From contig DF237148.1 of assembly GCA_000708835.1 (NCBI GenBank), positions 84,556 to 148,555 of the forward strand: a stretch of DNA of 64,000 nt. Reading direction: 5' to 3'. This DNA comes from Klebsormidium nitens (lineage: Eukaryota; Plantae; Klebsormidiophyceae). Shown one piece after another: positions 24,525 to 36,359 of the stretch. Each line of letters starts with the position of its first letter. Position 1 is the first letter of the stretch. The notes beneath the pieces were generated by a model. The model worked only from the letters and a program-made list of their open reading frames with translations. It searched no databases and had not been told where the DNA came from. The position numbers were made by a program, and so were the translations under genes.

Positions 24525-27500
24525 CGCTTGCCAGGGTCGCGATGCTTGCTGACGTAGGTGGGCTGATCGACGCCGGGGGCACCACCGATGATGCAGTCTG
24601 CATCGAGGTTCCGACGGACGGTGGGCTTCCTACAAAGTCGCGCTCAGCATTTGTTAGCGTCTCTTTAGAATCAGTCAACAGGATCTATACTGACTCCAGT
24701 CGTTCAAGCACCGAAATGAGACTCGGAACCTTGATGTGGGTAACTAAAAGTGCTGGTTCTTCGGCTCTTGACGACGCTTGGTGGAGGGCGATTTGGCGAG
24801 TTTCAAAACGGGACAATTTTCGAAAAGGGCACTTAATAACCAGACTTGTTTCAAGGTAGGCTTCCCCTAGACGTGACCTAGTCCCGACCGTCTACATCTC
24901 GGGGGTGCTCCCCAGTTGCTCGAACCACCGCGCGTCTGACCAATCTGGACACCGCCGTTGCTTCTGCCGTCAGCAAGACTCCAGATGTTTGTGTGACGGC
25001 TACACAAACTGCTTGATTCTGCTTGAGGTTAGGTACGCTCTGCCGATCAATCAGGTCGATGGATTCCAAGACGTTTGGGCCTGGGTTAGATATTGTCTCC
25101 CTTTTCCCGGTCTGGGCTACAGCCTACGGATCCCGTTGAACCGTTTGATCAAGATACAGCCTGCTTTGGCTATCCATGCTCTTAGGCTGATCGACTCTCC
25201 ATAAAGCCAACCAGGTGAATGGAGCCTTGCATAAGTCTCGGTTTTATACGTACGGTGGAGGTAGGGTGTATGTTGAGTTAGAAGTTCCCGGGCTCAAAAC
25301 AAACAGAAGATTCAAATCCAAAGGTAACCTGCACCCATACCCAACCTAAACCCACAACACAACCCCACCCGTCCCCCGGGCATGACGTAACTCAACATAA
25401 ACTCGAGAATAGTACTGAGCCTTGCCTGTAGGGGAAGCCAGAAGTTGGGCTGAGAAGGGGCCCGTGGTTGGCGCAGGTGCAGCCAGGAGCGAGACGGGGG
25501 GTGCCGGAGCTGGAGCGACTCGGAAGGGTGCCGGAGTTGGAACCGGGGGTGCAAAAGTTGGCACCGGGGGTGCAAACGTTGGGACCGGTGGTGCCGGAGT
25601 GGGAACCGGGGGTGCGAAAGTGGGGGCCGGGGGTGCCGGAGTTGGGACCGGGGGTGCGAAAGTTGGGACCGGCGGTGCCAAAGTGGGGACCGGGGGTGCA
25701 AAGGTTGGGACCGGGGGTGACGAAGTTGCTGCCGGAACCGAGGAGCTTCCTGTGGCTGCACAGTCAACTCAAGCGTCAGCATGGCAAGCACGATTGACGC
25801 CGTTGCCGTAGGTCGTAAAACGCTGAAAATCTGGGTTTTTGAAGACTTTAGAAACCAAGTGACACGGTCACGGTTAAGTCAAACAAGCCAGAAGAGTCCT
25901 CAATTTTCTTCTTACGGTTTACTCGTCCCGTTTTTAAAGAATCAGAACGAGAACCAAAGGTCAAGATGAACGTTTACAGCGATTCGACAAGTGGTCAGAA
26001 CGAACACTTGCAGTTTTCCAAGCCTCTGACCAAAGGTTCACCGCGTCTCGATCGCGCACAGGAGTTTTTGGCCCATAACCATGCTGGTTATGAGCTGGCT
26101 GTGGGCTGGTTTCAAAGTGGTTGAGTGTCCAGTAGCCAGACTTGGGCGGTAACCAGCCCTGAAGCAAGGTTACAGCCCGGTTATCTGTTCGATAACCTGA
26201 GACTCGAGTCTGGTAATCAGCACGGTTAGCAGCCAGAACTTCCCGTGTCGAAGCAAGCAGCGGGGTCAGAGAGCTGCCGGATAAACATATAAAGAGATAG
26301 ACGCTCACCTAGGACGTACAAAATTCCATTCATCGTTTCAGAATGGTAAGAGCAGTGATACGTGTAAGTCCCAGCTACTGTTGGCGTAAAGGAGAAGCTG
26401 AAGGGAGCACGCACGGGCGAGGCAGGGACTTTGTAGACCCCGCTCGCGCCATTGTAAGGAAAGCCCGTAAAACCAGCCGGCCACGTGTCGACTGCCAGAG
26501 AACAGAAAACAGCATGAACGTATGAGCACGTTGGTTCTGATTTCGTGGGCAGTAGCAAGCGTGTTAACCGGGGACGTTAAGCCCCTGGTCGTGTACCTGG
26601 ACTGTTAACCAGGATTAGTTGACCAGGAACAGTTAAACCAGGAGCACATTGCAGGAGCGACAGAGCGAAGCAGAACGTCTAAGCCCCTGCTGCTCGTCAA
26701 CCTAAGCTGTTCAGACGAGCTTGCTCTTGACTCTTTCTACTTTCCTCGCGGGGGGGAAGGTGGGCAGCCCCCACGGAACGGGGTTTCCCCCAGACCACAC
26801 CGGCCCACCGAGCTTGCTCTCAACAGTGAAACTTTCGAACAGATGCAGAAATAGAGGAATGCAGATCCCGACTCCCTGCTGTATTTGCTAAGAGAGCATT
26901 TTGAGGAGTGTTGTGATTGACCTCGGGAAAGACCAGGGTTGCTTTTCCGTTTTAAAATCGGGAGGGATGTCACCAGCTTCCAAGTACTTCGAGGTCCGAC
27001 CTTGACACTTGCAGGGGGACACTTCATTTTTGCCAATCTGATCAAGCCCGCTGCCACCAGATCCGCTTCGACATGTTTCCAAGGATCCTGAAACCAGGCT
27101 TCAAGTAAAGAGCCAAAATTAATTCAAATATTCTTGCAGAGCCTCCGTAGGATTGAAGTACTGCACTCGGAAAAAGCCACCCACTCCTCAGTTTGAGTAC
27201 TTACGTTTTACGGTGTGAGGAAGTGGGTCTGTCCAGTCCCACTCAATGGTGTCTCCAACATTGATCGTGTTGACTTGTGTCAAAGGGCGTTGCCAGGCAA
27301 CGGCATACGTTTGCGCAGGTCCTGCACAATAGTAATCGTCTTAGGACAGAGACCATTTTGGAACTTTAACCTTGAAGGGGAATAATGCAAAACCCGGAGT
27401 TGAGCTGGGGTCCCTGCAAACAGTATCTTCCAAAGTGGGAAGTAGCTTGACCACATCCGAATCGTATTCTGGAATCGTATTATGTCAGGCCCGGCATGCA

Positions 27501-28261
27501 GAGGCGATGCAACTAAGTTCCTCTTTGTCACAACAAACAACGAAAAGTCAATGCATCGTCAGAAATAGCTGTTGAATTTCGTCCCTCTCACGCTTTCCAA
27601 TGCTGGAGCAAAGCCAATAGAAGCTCAGGATCAGCACTTGATAATAAACATGCAATCTAGAATGTCAGACCACCGGTTGAATCAGCCATTGCAGACATTG
27701 TAGCCTTCTGATAGGACTCACCAGGTGCTCCCGTAGGAAGAGCAGGGGCAGAAGTGGACGGCCGGGCTGCGATGACCCAAGAAAGGCTATGAGTCAAAGA
27801 AGAAAGCGACTCGCCAGGTGCCATTAAGAAGGTCCAACAAGTGCAAACGCTTTTAAAAGAGGAGCACGGGCAGCTAGCTCAATCATTCAGGGCGTCCAGT
27901 GGAGCAACCCGTGCAGTCAAGAGTCGGCGTAGGTGCGTTCTACCTCAGTTTGACACGAGCTGAACCAAGCCATGTTAAAGTCAATGAAAAGCCGCAGACG
28001 CAATACCACCCAAGCGCATTTTTCTGAGGCAACTGCATGCTCACAAGTTGTAGGGGTCGAGGGAGAACTCGGTGTTGTCCCCGACGCGGGGTTCGCCTGG
28101 CAGATTGCGAGGCAAGCTGCATCAAGTTGGCAGAAAGAGCAGCCGGCGCCGTCTGCTGTGGCTGCCAAACCACAGCAGCACAGCAGAAAAGCAAGAAGGA
28201 AGGGAGTAGTGCTTAGTCCAGCAGAGCAAGGAGCCGCGGAGACACTTTGAACAGGCGCCAT
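24525..28261 (-). CDS. Secreted cupredoxin (type-1 copper) fused to Pro/Thr-rich HRGP-like stalk; exons 28261-28010, 27413-27371, 27273-27205, 26491-26309, 25755-25426, 24629-24525; 3' end unresolved
   Basis: Signal-peptide-like FLLAFLLCCCGLAATADG. Phase-consistent splicing gives GPQLNSGFCIIPLQVNTINVGDTIEWDWTDPLPHTVKLDTWP...FSFTPTVAGTYTYHCSYHSETMNGILYVL (His; Cys-x2-His-x3-Met), then nine PP[V/A]PT[F/L/P]A repeats. Confidence 0.85.
25528..25719 (-). repeat. Coding 21-bp tandem repeat x9 (PPVPTFA-type)
   Basis: Units such as gtgcaaaagttggcaccgggg are visible on the + strand. Confidence 0.95.
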
Positions 28262-28826
28262 GTTGCAGGGCGCAGCTTGGCTTTGACAGGGCCGTCTCTG
28301 TGAGCGAGCTCAAGCTTGCCGGCCTTTACTCTGGCTCGATTTCTCAAGTGGAGTTGAAATGAAAGCCAGCCTGCCAGACGCATATGCATTGTGCAGTTTA
28401 TTGGCCTGCAGCTTGTCCGACTGATTAGCTCAGCTGGGCGCCCCCAGCTGCATATGAACGGTACACATTGCCCCAAATTTGGAGTTAATGTGATTGGCGC
28501 AATGGGTAGTTTTCAATGGCGTATAAAGTACTGAATACTAGGTACCGGTATGCCCTCTATGAGTCAGATCTATTGACAACCGCTCGCGCCATAGCCTGAG
28601 TTGCAGCCTTCCAAGCAAGCACGCGGCCGCTCAAGCGGCTACGTACAGAGTGTGTACACATTGGTCCCAGGCTGCACGCGTACGTACGTAGGTAGGTACT
28701 TCCGCCGACTCGGACATGATCAGAAAACGGCCGGGCCCGGCGGCGGGACTCAGGGGTCCGGACGTTGCGGTGGCACGTGCAACTTGTCGGAAGTGCAATC
28801 TCTGGCTGGCCGGTGGCGCAAATCGT

Positions 28827-29247
28827 ACAAAGTTCGCGAATAAAGTTGGGAGAATCGGACACGGACGCGAGTGATTCTTTTGAAGTCCGGACGGTATCAA
28901 GGGGTGTGTCCGCAACTTGTCCGATCATCGGAGCTGACGCGTGCCGTCAACCGCCCACTCGTGTTCAAGATTCCGAATTTGATTCGAGATCAAATCGGTC
29001 CGACATTCGAGGGCCGTCAGAGGTGGCGCCGTACCAGCTCCAGAGGGCCCAGGCCGGTGTAAGACTAGGTACGGTCCGTATCGTCGGGACGTACGGAAAT
29101 CGTTCCGCCGTCAGCTTCAGAGTTTGTTTTTGTCAGAGATTCTGGCGAGGCAAAAGTTCGCTTACGTCACGCAATTGGGCTCTCGGACACAGCGTAGCAC
29201 CGGAACTGTCCGTGTCCGAATCTCCCAACTTTATTCGCCAACTTTGT
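28827..29247. repeat. 40-bp inverted repeat (28827-28866 / 29208-29247, 38/40 match), 341-bp spacer
   Basis: acaaagttcgcgaataaagttgggagaatcggacacggac versus gtccgtgtccgaatctcccaactttattcgccaactttgt. Confidence 0.9.
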
Positions 29248-31953
29248 GCCTCGCCGGGCTCCATAGCCTCTCCACGTGGCATACACCGCTTGACCGAGCT
29301 ACTCCGCGCCGCACGGCGCAGCTGTGATTGGCTGAAGCGAACAGACCACCATAAGCGGGCTGCGGGACTGAATCCGGGCATGCATGTCGACATTTGAGTC
29401 CCGATTCCCCGGGTACCGCTATCCAAATTGCAGACTGGATTTGCAGTCCTGACTCCTGATAGCGACCCGTCCCGGCTCCCGCCGGGGCTAAGTAAAGTTT
29501 TCCAGGTTCGATCAATCACTGACCAGCAGGTCCCCGGCAATTTCTTTGCGCCGACCTCGGAAACCGCTAGCGGCTGTGCATGTACACTAGGAGTGAGCTC
29601 AAAAGTACCAGCCTAGCACCTTCTACCGTACTGTAGCTGTTAGCTTCCAGCCGTAAAGCCGTAAAGCTGGCCGGATTTCAAGTCACTTAGGTTCCCATCC
29701 ACGCACAGGTTCCATTAATTCATGCAGGCCGGATTCCCGGCCAACCGACGAGTCCCGGGAACTCCCTCCCCGCCAACTCTGAGGGGATCATCCTGCAGAG
29801 AGTTGGGGGTTCCCTCTCAGGCGCCCAGGTGATTCCTGACTCCTCGGAGGACGCCGGAGGTGGATCTTACTATGCAGCCGACATGTGTCAGTAGTCCGCC
29901 CAGCACTGTTCAAGACTGCACGAGAAGGCGTGACATGGCCCGCTCATCGGGGCCCGCATCCGAGCTGCGACGTGACTGGTTGAATCTGGAGGAGTGACTA
30001 CTCGAGTACAACTTACATGTGTACTGATACTGGTACTTAGCAAGGCTTGTTGCCAACTTGATCATGTGCTGTTATCAGGCTTGAAGTGTTGTCGCGGTCC
30101 TCGAATCTGTGAGCGTTACATGCTGAATATAATGCCCATATTCAATCCATGGCTTGCCGAAGTCCCATGTTCGGCGGCGCTGTAAAAGTTGCACGTAACA
30201 AATTTTAACATGTGTGCTTTCGTGCTGGCAGTCGGCTTGCCATTCTGATTCGGTGATTCCTGATTGCGACAAGAGATGCACTGCGAGACCCGCGAGAACG
30301 CTGATCACGACTTATCCAGAAGATACGGCCTTCGCAAAATACTGAAGCTGTGATGCATTGAAATTGGCGGCTCGTCGGGGGAGAAGCTGTCACTTGATCG
30401 AATTTGCCAGTCACGGCAATCTAAAAGTCCTTGCCATCTTTATTTTTGGCGGCCGAGGACGAGCAGTAAATATTATTTGTGGGACTCACCTAAAGGCCCT
30501 TCATGATTCGGTCGCTGGTACTTCGAATCGACGCTTAAAGGATGCGAGCTAGAGCTGCCCTCCCGCTGCCCTGGGTTTCTCCGCTGGACGACTTAAGGAC
30601 TCTAGAGCAACACTATAACAGCAGATAAATGAGAGAAAACATAGCAGCGGCCCCTTAGCTGCGAGACCCTGATCTGGCAGCCTGCCCCCGGCTCATCATT
30701 TGAAATGATTGACGGGAGTGCGGTATGGCAACCTTGTCGGAAGGAGCTAAAACTGTGCCGCTGTCGGAAGCCGGAGAAAAAGATGTACACAAACTGGAAA
30801 CCCCTATCGCCGTTCAGCTTGAGAACTTGCCAGTTGCTTCTTCCGCCTTCTTCTATCGCTCCTTCTTGCTTTCCATCCAAACCGTTCGTGTGCTCTATCT
30901 GCCTGGAGTGTGGTCCGCCTCGCACGGGTAGTAAAGAAAAAGGCGCTTCGACATGCAAGCTGTCCTGTCTTTTGGAGCGAGATCTGTTTCCTTCAGTAAG
31001 GCTTCTTGGCTCCACCTTGTCTTGCGCCTCTTGAAGCCCAGGTTCTGGCCTCCCTTTCGCAGACCTGCTGTGAAACAGATTCCTGGAGTCATGGCAGCAG
31101 GAAGACAGTACAAGTGCAAGTCAAACATTCTTGCGCGCGTGTATCCGACGTATGGACTTTTGACAAGTCTAATGAGCTCCCTCCGGATGTAGTCGGTTGC
31201 AAGTCATACATTCAAAGTACGAACTTCCAATAGAAGCCCTACAGTAACAGTTTGATGAGACAATCGACCTTACTGTGACACACAATATATGCTTTGCATC
31301 AAGGGCATTGTGCATCTGGTTACATCTGATGTGGTGATGTCGTATCTGGGCGGCGGACTCATGAGATAAGTGGGTATCTATGGAAATATAGATTTATGGC
31401 GACGTAAAGATCATCATGATGTCATGCACCGCAAAGCCAAGAAATGGTTGATTGCGAAAAGGATTCATCTGCGTTTAGAACACATGATTTGTATGTTCAC
31501 TTGCGACAAGAAACCTACCATTCTCGGAATGAGAGTAAAACAGGATGAGCTTATGAAGAGCTACACAATCAATCCAGGAAAGGGAATCCAAGAAGTTCTG
31601 CTTTCTTGGAAACAAAGTGGTACCGTGGTCAGAAAAATCGTACGATGATAAATGGTCATACTTTGACTGGCATTCATGCGCCGCGCAGTAGATTGAAAAG
31701 CATGAATGTGATTGATCTGCACGGTGACTGCACGAGCTATCCATGACCGTGGCGACCCAGAAGTTACATACGTGCACGATCAGAACATCGAGCTGAGATT
31801 GCCCATCAGTATACTAGCAGCAGCTGTGCGCGGGGCCTGGAGCTAGGGCAGTTAAGGAGGTCGATTGACAGCCAAATACCGGTCTTTCAGCTCATGAGAT
31901 TTCCTATCTTGCTTACAGCCGAAGATTCGCTCTCTTTATTTCTAAAAAGACTC

Positions 31954-33876
31954 TTACTCGTCTGTTGCGAACCGTGGGACTGCTTCCTTGCAACCGAGCT
32001 CGACGTGAGGCGGGCACGACGCCCGCATCTCGGTCACTAGGTTTCTGAAGCTCTCAGCTTCCGGACCCTCTAAATACACGTAACGCAGGCTTTTGCAAAC
32101 CTCCCAGAGCTTTAGAAGAGGCCGCCAGTGACCCGTCCACTCGTAATCAATGTTCAGAAACCTTATTCGAAGTACGTAAAGTCGCGGAAACGACGTCAGA
32201 AACTCGATGCTCTCGAGATAGTGTGTGCTGATTTCGACGTGTGAAACGGTGTGAACAGGTCCGAAACCCGGGGGAACCATCTGGAACCAGTCGAGGAACG
32301 GGTCGATTCTGTCCCGTACTAGATACAACCTTTCCAGGTGGGGGAAAAAGCACGCCCCCTTAGTTGTCTGATTCTCCTCCGCCCCGAAGAACGAGTTACA
32401 AAGCCGCAGCGAAACCAGGTTCGGGCAGAAGGTGCCAAGGCTTTTCAAGCTCCCCAGTTCGCAGTGCGTTACTTGGAGCGATGTCAGAGTGGGCGCAGTG
32501 ACGTCACCAAAGCCGTAACGGACGACGCTCCATTGCCGTTCCTTGCTTCCAAACGTAGAGTCTGGCCTTTTTGGCGGCACTGTGCGCACTCTGAGCTCCT
32601 TGAGTGACGGAAAGCTCTGCACCAAAGCGTCTAGGCTGACCAACCGACTAACCCGGTCCTCTAACCCGATGTTCAACTCCCAGACCAGTTTCTCCACGCT
32701 CTCGGACGCGCGCGCGGGCGCGTGCCCGATCGCGTCTCTCGCCAAGCCCTTGAGCCTTGCTTCCGACTCTTTCTCCTGGTCAACGATGGTTTCGTAGGCG
32801 GGGGAAAGGACTGGAGCCAACCAGAGCTCTCGAAGCTCTGCGAAACGGCTCAAGAGGACATCCATTGTGTCTTCCGATATCGGCAGCCCGATGAGACGAA
32901 GGCTTCGCAAGTCGCAAACGGTGCTTTCCGCAAAGGTCTGAATGGCCGTCTGGAGCTCGTCGAAGCGGTCAACGCAACGCCCTGTGTATTGGGGCTTGAT
33001 CGTCAGGTGTTGCAGTGAGCCGAAATAAGACAGCACGTCGAGCGCTTGGCATAGTTCGGGGGAGGGATCGTGCTGGATGAAAGGTGAGCCGCCGGAGTCG
33101 CCGCAAAGCGTCAGGCTAAGCAGATTGCCTCGGACTTCCAGCACCTTTCCTAAGAGGGATCCGAAGGCACCGGCAGATGTCAGAACGATAGGAGTGAGGA
33201 ACTTGAGCTCAGGACAACCTTGCAAGAGCTCCCCGTAAGCCTTTATGAGGTTCACCTCGGGCTCACGAGCCAGAAAGAGGGCAGAAGAGCCGGGTCTGAT
33301 GTCCAGCTCTTCTAACTTGGGACAGTGTTTGGATGCTGAAGAGACAGCCTGCGCTATGTGCTCGCTTTGATCCATGCCTATCAGACCTTGGGGAAGCTTG
33401 AGCGTCAGACTTGTAAGGTGTGGGAGATTCTTCAGGACAGGATTCAGGGCCTCAAAAGAAGAGAACACCTCAGGTGCGAGCTCGCTGAGGTCTAGGCTTT
33501 GGAGACGCGGGAAGCTCCTAACAGCCTGATGCAGTCCCTTCTGCAACCAGGAGTCGTGTGGCACGTACTTGCTCGATCCGAAGCGCAGCGAAGTAGTAGC
33601 GCTGAAACGCTTTGCTAGCCGCAGGAGAACTTTCTTGCCCGCGCATTCGTCGAGTCTAACTGACGTACGTACTGCGTTCGTGGCCAGTAGAAAGCGCCTG
33701 CTGACCAAAGAGCAGCTGCGCAGATCTTCTGGATTCAGGAAGTACAGAACTCTCTCCAGTAGCTCGTCGGGGAGGGCGGGAGAAAAAAGCGGATCGGAAA
33801 GATGCTGTTCTGAGGTATCTGCAGAGAAGGGTAGATTGATCAGGTCGAGGACTGCGCGAGATCCTTGATACTGCAA
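31954..33876 (-). CDS. F-box/LRR-type protein, one ~640-codon exon; true start unresolved
   Basis: F-box LPDELLERVLYFLNPEDLRSCSLVSRRF followed by LxxLxL repeats (FPRLQSLDLSEL, LPHLTSLTL, CPKLEELDI, FCPNLVSLRL). The ORF begins at TTG within ttgcAG, a likely acceptor. Confidence 0.88.
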   Translation of the reverse strand: MQYQGSRAVLDLINLPFSADTSEQHLSDPLFSPALPDELLERVLYFLNPEDLRSCSLVSRRFLLATNAVRTSVRLDECAGKKVLLRLAKRFSATTSLRFGSSKYVPHDSWLQKGLHQAVRSFPRLQSLDLSELAPEVFSSFEALNPVLKNLPHLTSLTLKLPQGLIGMDQSEHIAQAVSSASKHCPKLEELDIRPGSSALFLAREPEVNLIKAYGELLQGCPELKFLTPIVLTSAGAFGSLLGKVLEVRGNLLSLTLCGDSGGSPFIQHDPSPELCQALDVLSYFGSLQHLTIKPQYTGRCVDRFDELQTAIQTFAESTVCDLRSLRLIGLPISEDTMDVLLSRFAELRELWLAPVLSPAYETIVDQEKESEARLKGLARDAIGHAPARASESVEKLVWELNIGLEDRVSRLVSLDALVQSFPSLKELRVRTVPPKRPDSTFGSKERQWSVVRYGFGDVTAPTLTSLQVTHCELGSLKSLGTFCPNLVSLRLCNSFFGAEENQTTKGACFFPHLERLYLVRDRIDPFLDWFQMVPPGFGPVHTVSHVEISTHYLESIEFLTSFPRLYVLRIRFLNIDYEWTGHWRPLLKLWEVCKSLRYVYLEGPEAESFRNLVTEMRASCPPHVELGCKEAVPRFATDE

Positions 33877-34960
33877 CCATGGAATAGTTGAAACCTAAGC
33901 TAACATATGGTCAAGTTTTGGTATCCGAAGGCTCCGAAGTCGTTGAGATGCCTCCAAGATATGCTCAAGCGTGAGTGCACAAGTTAATCTGGAATGCAAG
34001 GCAGGTCGAGATTTATGATTCTACCTGACCGTGAGATGAGAAGAAAGCTTAGAGTTGAAAGAAATCATGGTTGTCTCGAGAGCTCGGTCGGATTAACAAA
34101 CAACCATCGATCACCTGATTCCTCGCCAATCCGAGGTGAATTCTAACTCTTAATCAAATCAGCGCGCTGTAGAGCCACTGAACAGCGATTGAAGTCCCTG
34201 TGTTAAGCATTTCTGGAGCTGATGTGTTTTTGTTCAGTAAGTGTTCTGTGCGAGCTCAGCGGAAAACGGCACTGAGTCACTCTGGCAGCGGAGAATCAAG
34301 ATCGTCTGCGTTGATTGGTTGACAAGGACTCTTTTTCTTACAGACATTCAGAAAGTCTTGTTAGAATGCGCGTACCTGCAGCCGCCGCTAAGTGCTGCCG
34401 TTTCCGTGCGCGAGCTCCTCTAGCCATATTGAACAGTGTCGTTTGCACGTCAGCAAAGGTGGCGCTCTTGCGCTCTCAGGAAGTGTGGAGACCTTCTGAT
34501 CTGAAGATGCCAAGAGTCACCAGGAGTGACTAAGGAACGGTTTAAGCAGAGTGACGTTACCACCGCTGTAAGCAGGCCGCGCGTACCCGTCAGGGTTTTG
34601 CTGGGGTTTTCGGCAAGGGTTTTACGAAGGTTGAGGACGGTCCGCGGTGCGGCCCTGTGCGGCCGCGCTTTTGCGACTTTGACAGTGAGAGCCGGCGACG
34701 GCTGGCCGCGAGTCGAAGTGTGAACCGCGTCTTGAAAGCCAAGCAATTTTGTTTGTCGTCTGCCGGCATCGCCAGGCCGGTTTGTTCTACGATCGAAGAG
34801 CCTCTGGAGAGCGGAACGGCCTAAGCAAGCCTTTCGGCAACAAAAACACTCAAGGCCCTGCGCTTCCGAGGCTGCCCTAATGAAGGGCGAGACAGATTGT
34901 TTGTGGCTCCGGCGGCAGCCGGGCCGAAGCATGAATTGACCGGTCTGCCAAAAGTAATCA

Positions 34961-35314
34961 GGTTTTGGAAACCCGTCCTGCAAGCGCCAGACTGGTGTAA
35001 CAAATCAACTCGAGATACATTACACGAAGTGGAGCAGCTTTGAAAAATTTAAGCTCTGCCAGCAACAGGCGGCATGGGTCAAGTACAAGCAGGTCTATCG
35101 GAAGGTTTACGCTGACCCTGAGCTGGATTAGAAGCGTTTTGAGGCTTTTGCGGAGGCTGCTGAGGGCCTCGTTTCAGCGAAAGAACGAGCGGCCCGCAAT
35201 GGTGACGTCATGCCGAGCGTCGGGCTTAAGCGGCCTACGCCGACAGACTTATTGGGGAGCCGAGGTGGCCCGAGCCTTTGGAGGAAATCTGAGCTCAGCT
35301 GCCAGCTCTTTTGA
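34961..35314 (+). pseudogene. Possible gene relic
   Basis: One frame reads ...LEIHYTKWSSFEKFKLCQQQAAWVKYKQVYRKVYADPELD*KRFEAFAEAAEGLVSAKERAAR... with a single TAG at 35129-35131. Confidence 0.3.
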
Positions 35315-36359
35315 ATCAGGGACATTGCCTGATTCATTTGCCTCTGTCCGTGCTTCTCTCTCGATTACAGACAAAAACATTGCATCTGTAATCGATGCAA
35401 TGTACATACATTTGATGTAAATTTTGTTCAAAGAGCGCCAGTATTAGCTAGCTAGCTGCTCGGATCTTGCAGTAATCAGAGTCACCTGCAGCATGGCCAT
35501 GCTGCCACTTATTTCCATTCTGAGCAACGACAGTCAGCTGAGTGAGCGAGCTTCTCGAATCAGATTACGAGGTTGATGCATGAATACGAGATTGTGATTC
35601 ACTAGCTTCTAGCTGCGCCAATTTCATGTCTGACCATCCGACCATGTAAATTCCGTCGATCATATCTAGCGCTTAACATGGCTTAACATTCAAGTCTCGG
35701 TCCCTCGATTCGCAGTGACTGTTTGAATTAACATCCTATAGGTCTGGCACTGACTCAACCGAGCACGTCATGGATAACGAATTCGCCTTCTGACACATGA
35801 ATTAGCTGGCGGCATGCCTAATTGCCATGCATGTCCCGACCTACCGCTTGATTGTTCCAAATTCCGGCCATGCAATGACGCTTATAATGTGATCTGTGAC
35901 AATGTGTTCTAAGTTGCATCTTAAGGCATGCATCCGATCGATCCTGGAATTATATGGAAGTTCGTCCGATTACATGAATGATGGTGCATGCTGGCGAGGC
36001 GCGGCTGCCAGCTGGGTTCGAGAAATAATCTATCTTACCGAGCTAGCATCAATGAGTTAGCATGCGAATGGCCAATTGCAAGCTGCCGACAATTTTCACT
36101 CGCAGTCACTGTGGTTCTAGCTTTTGAGTTGGAAATTTCCCACAACTTCTTGTGTAATATTTGATGATGATATCAGCAATCTAGCCTTGTACAAAACCTC
36201 TATCTTACGACTGCAAAAGCACCGCATGCGCTGATTACTATGTAACACGTTCTCTGCAGGGTGGACCACTAGCCCTTGACTTAATGTATACACCTCGAAA
36301 ACGCCCTACACATCGACACTACCAACTATAAAGCACCCTGGAAACGGCGGACCTCACTT

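Noticed and set aside
26745-26790. GC-rich hairpins (also 29757-29814) as possible Helitron ends
   Set aside because: No CTRR terminus at the expected distance and no matching 5' end.
30602-31648. Short ORFs on both strands upstream of the F-box 3' end
   Set aside because: No consistent exon chain or recognisable motif.
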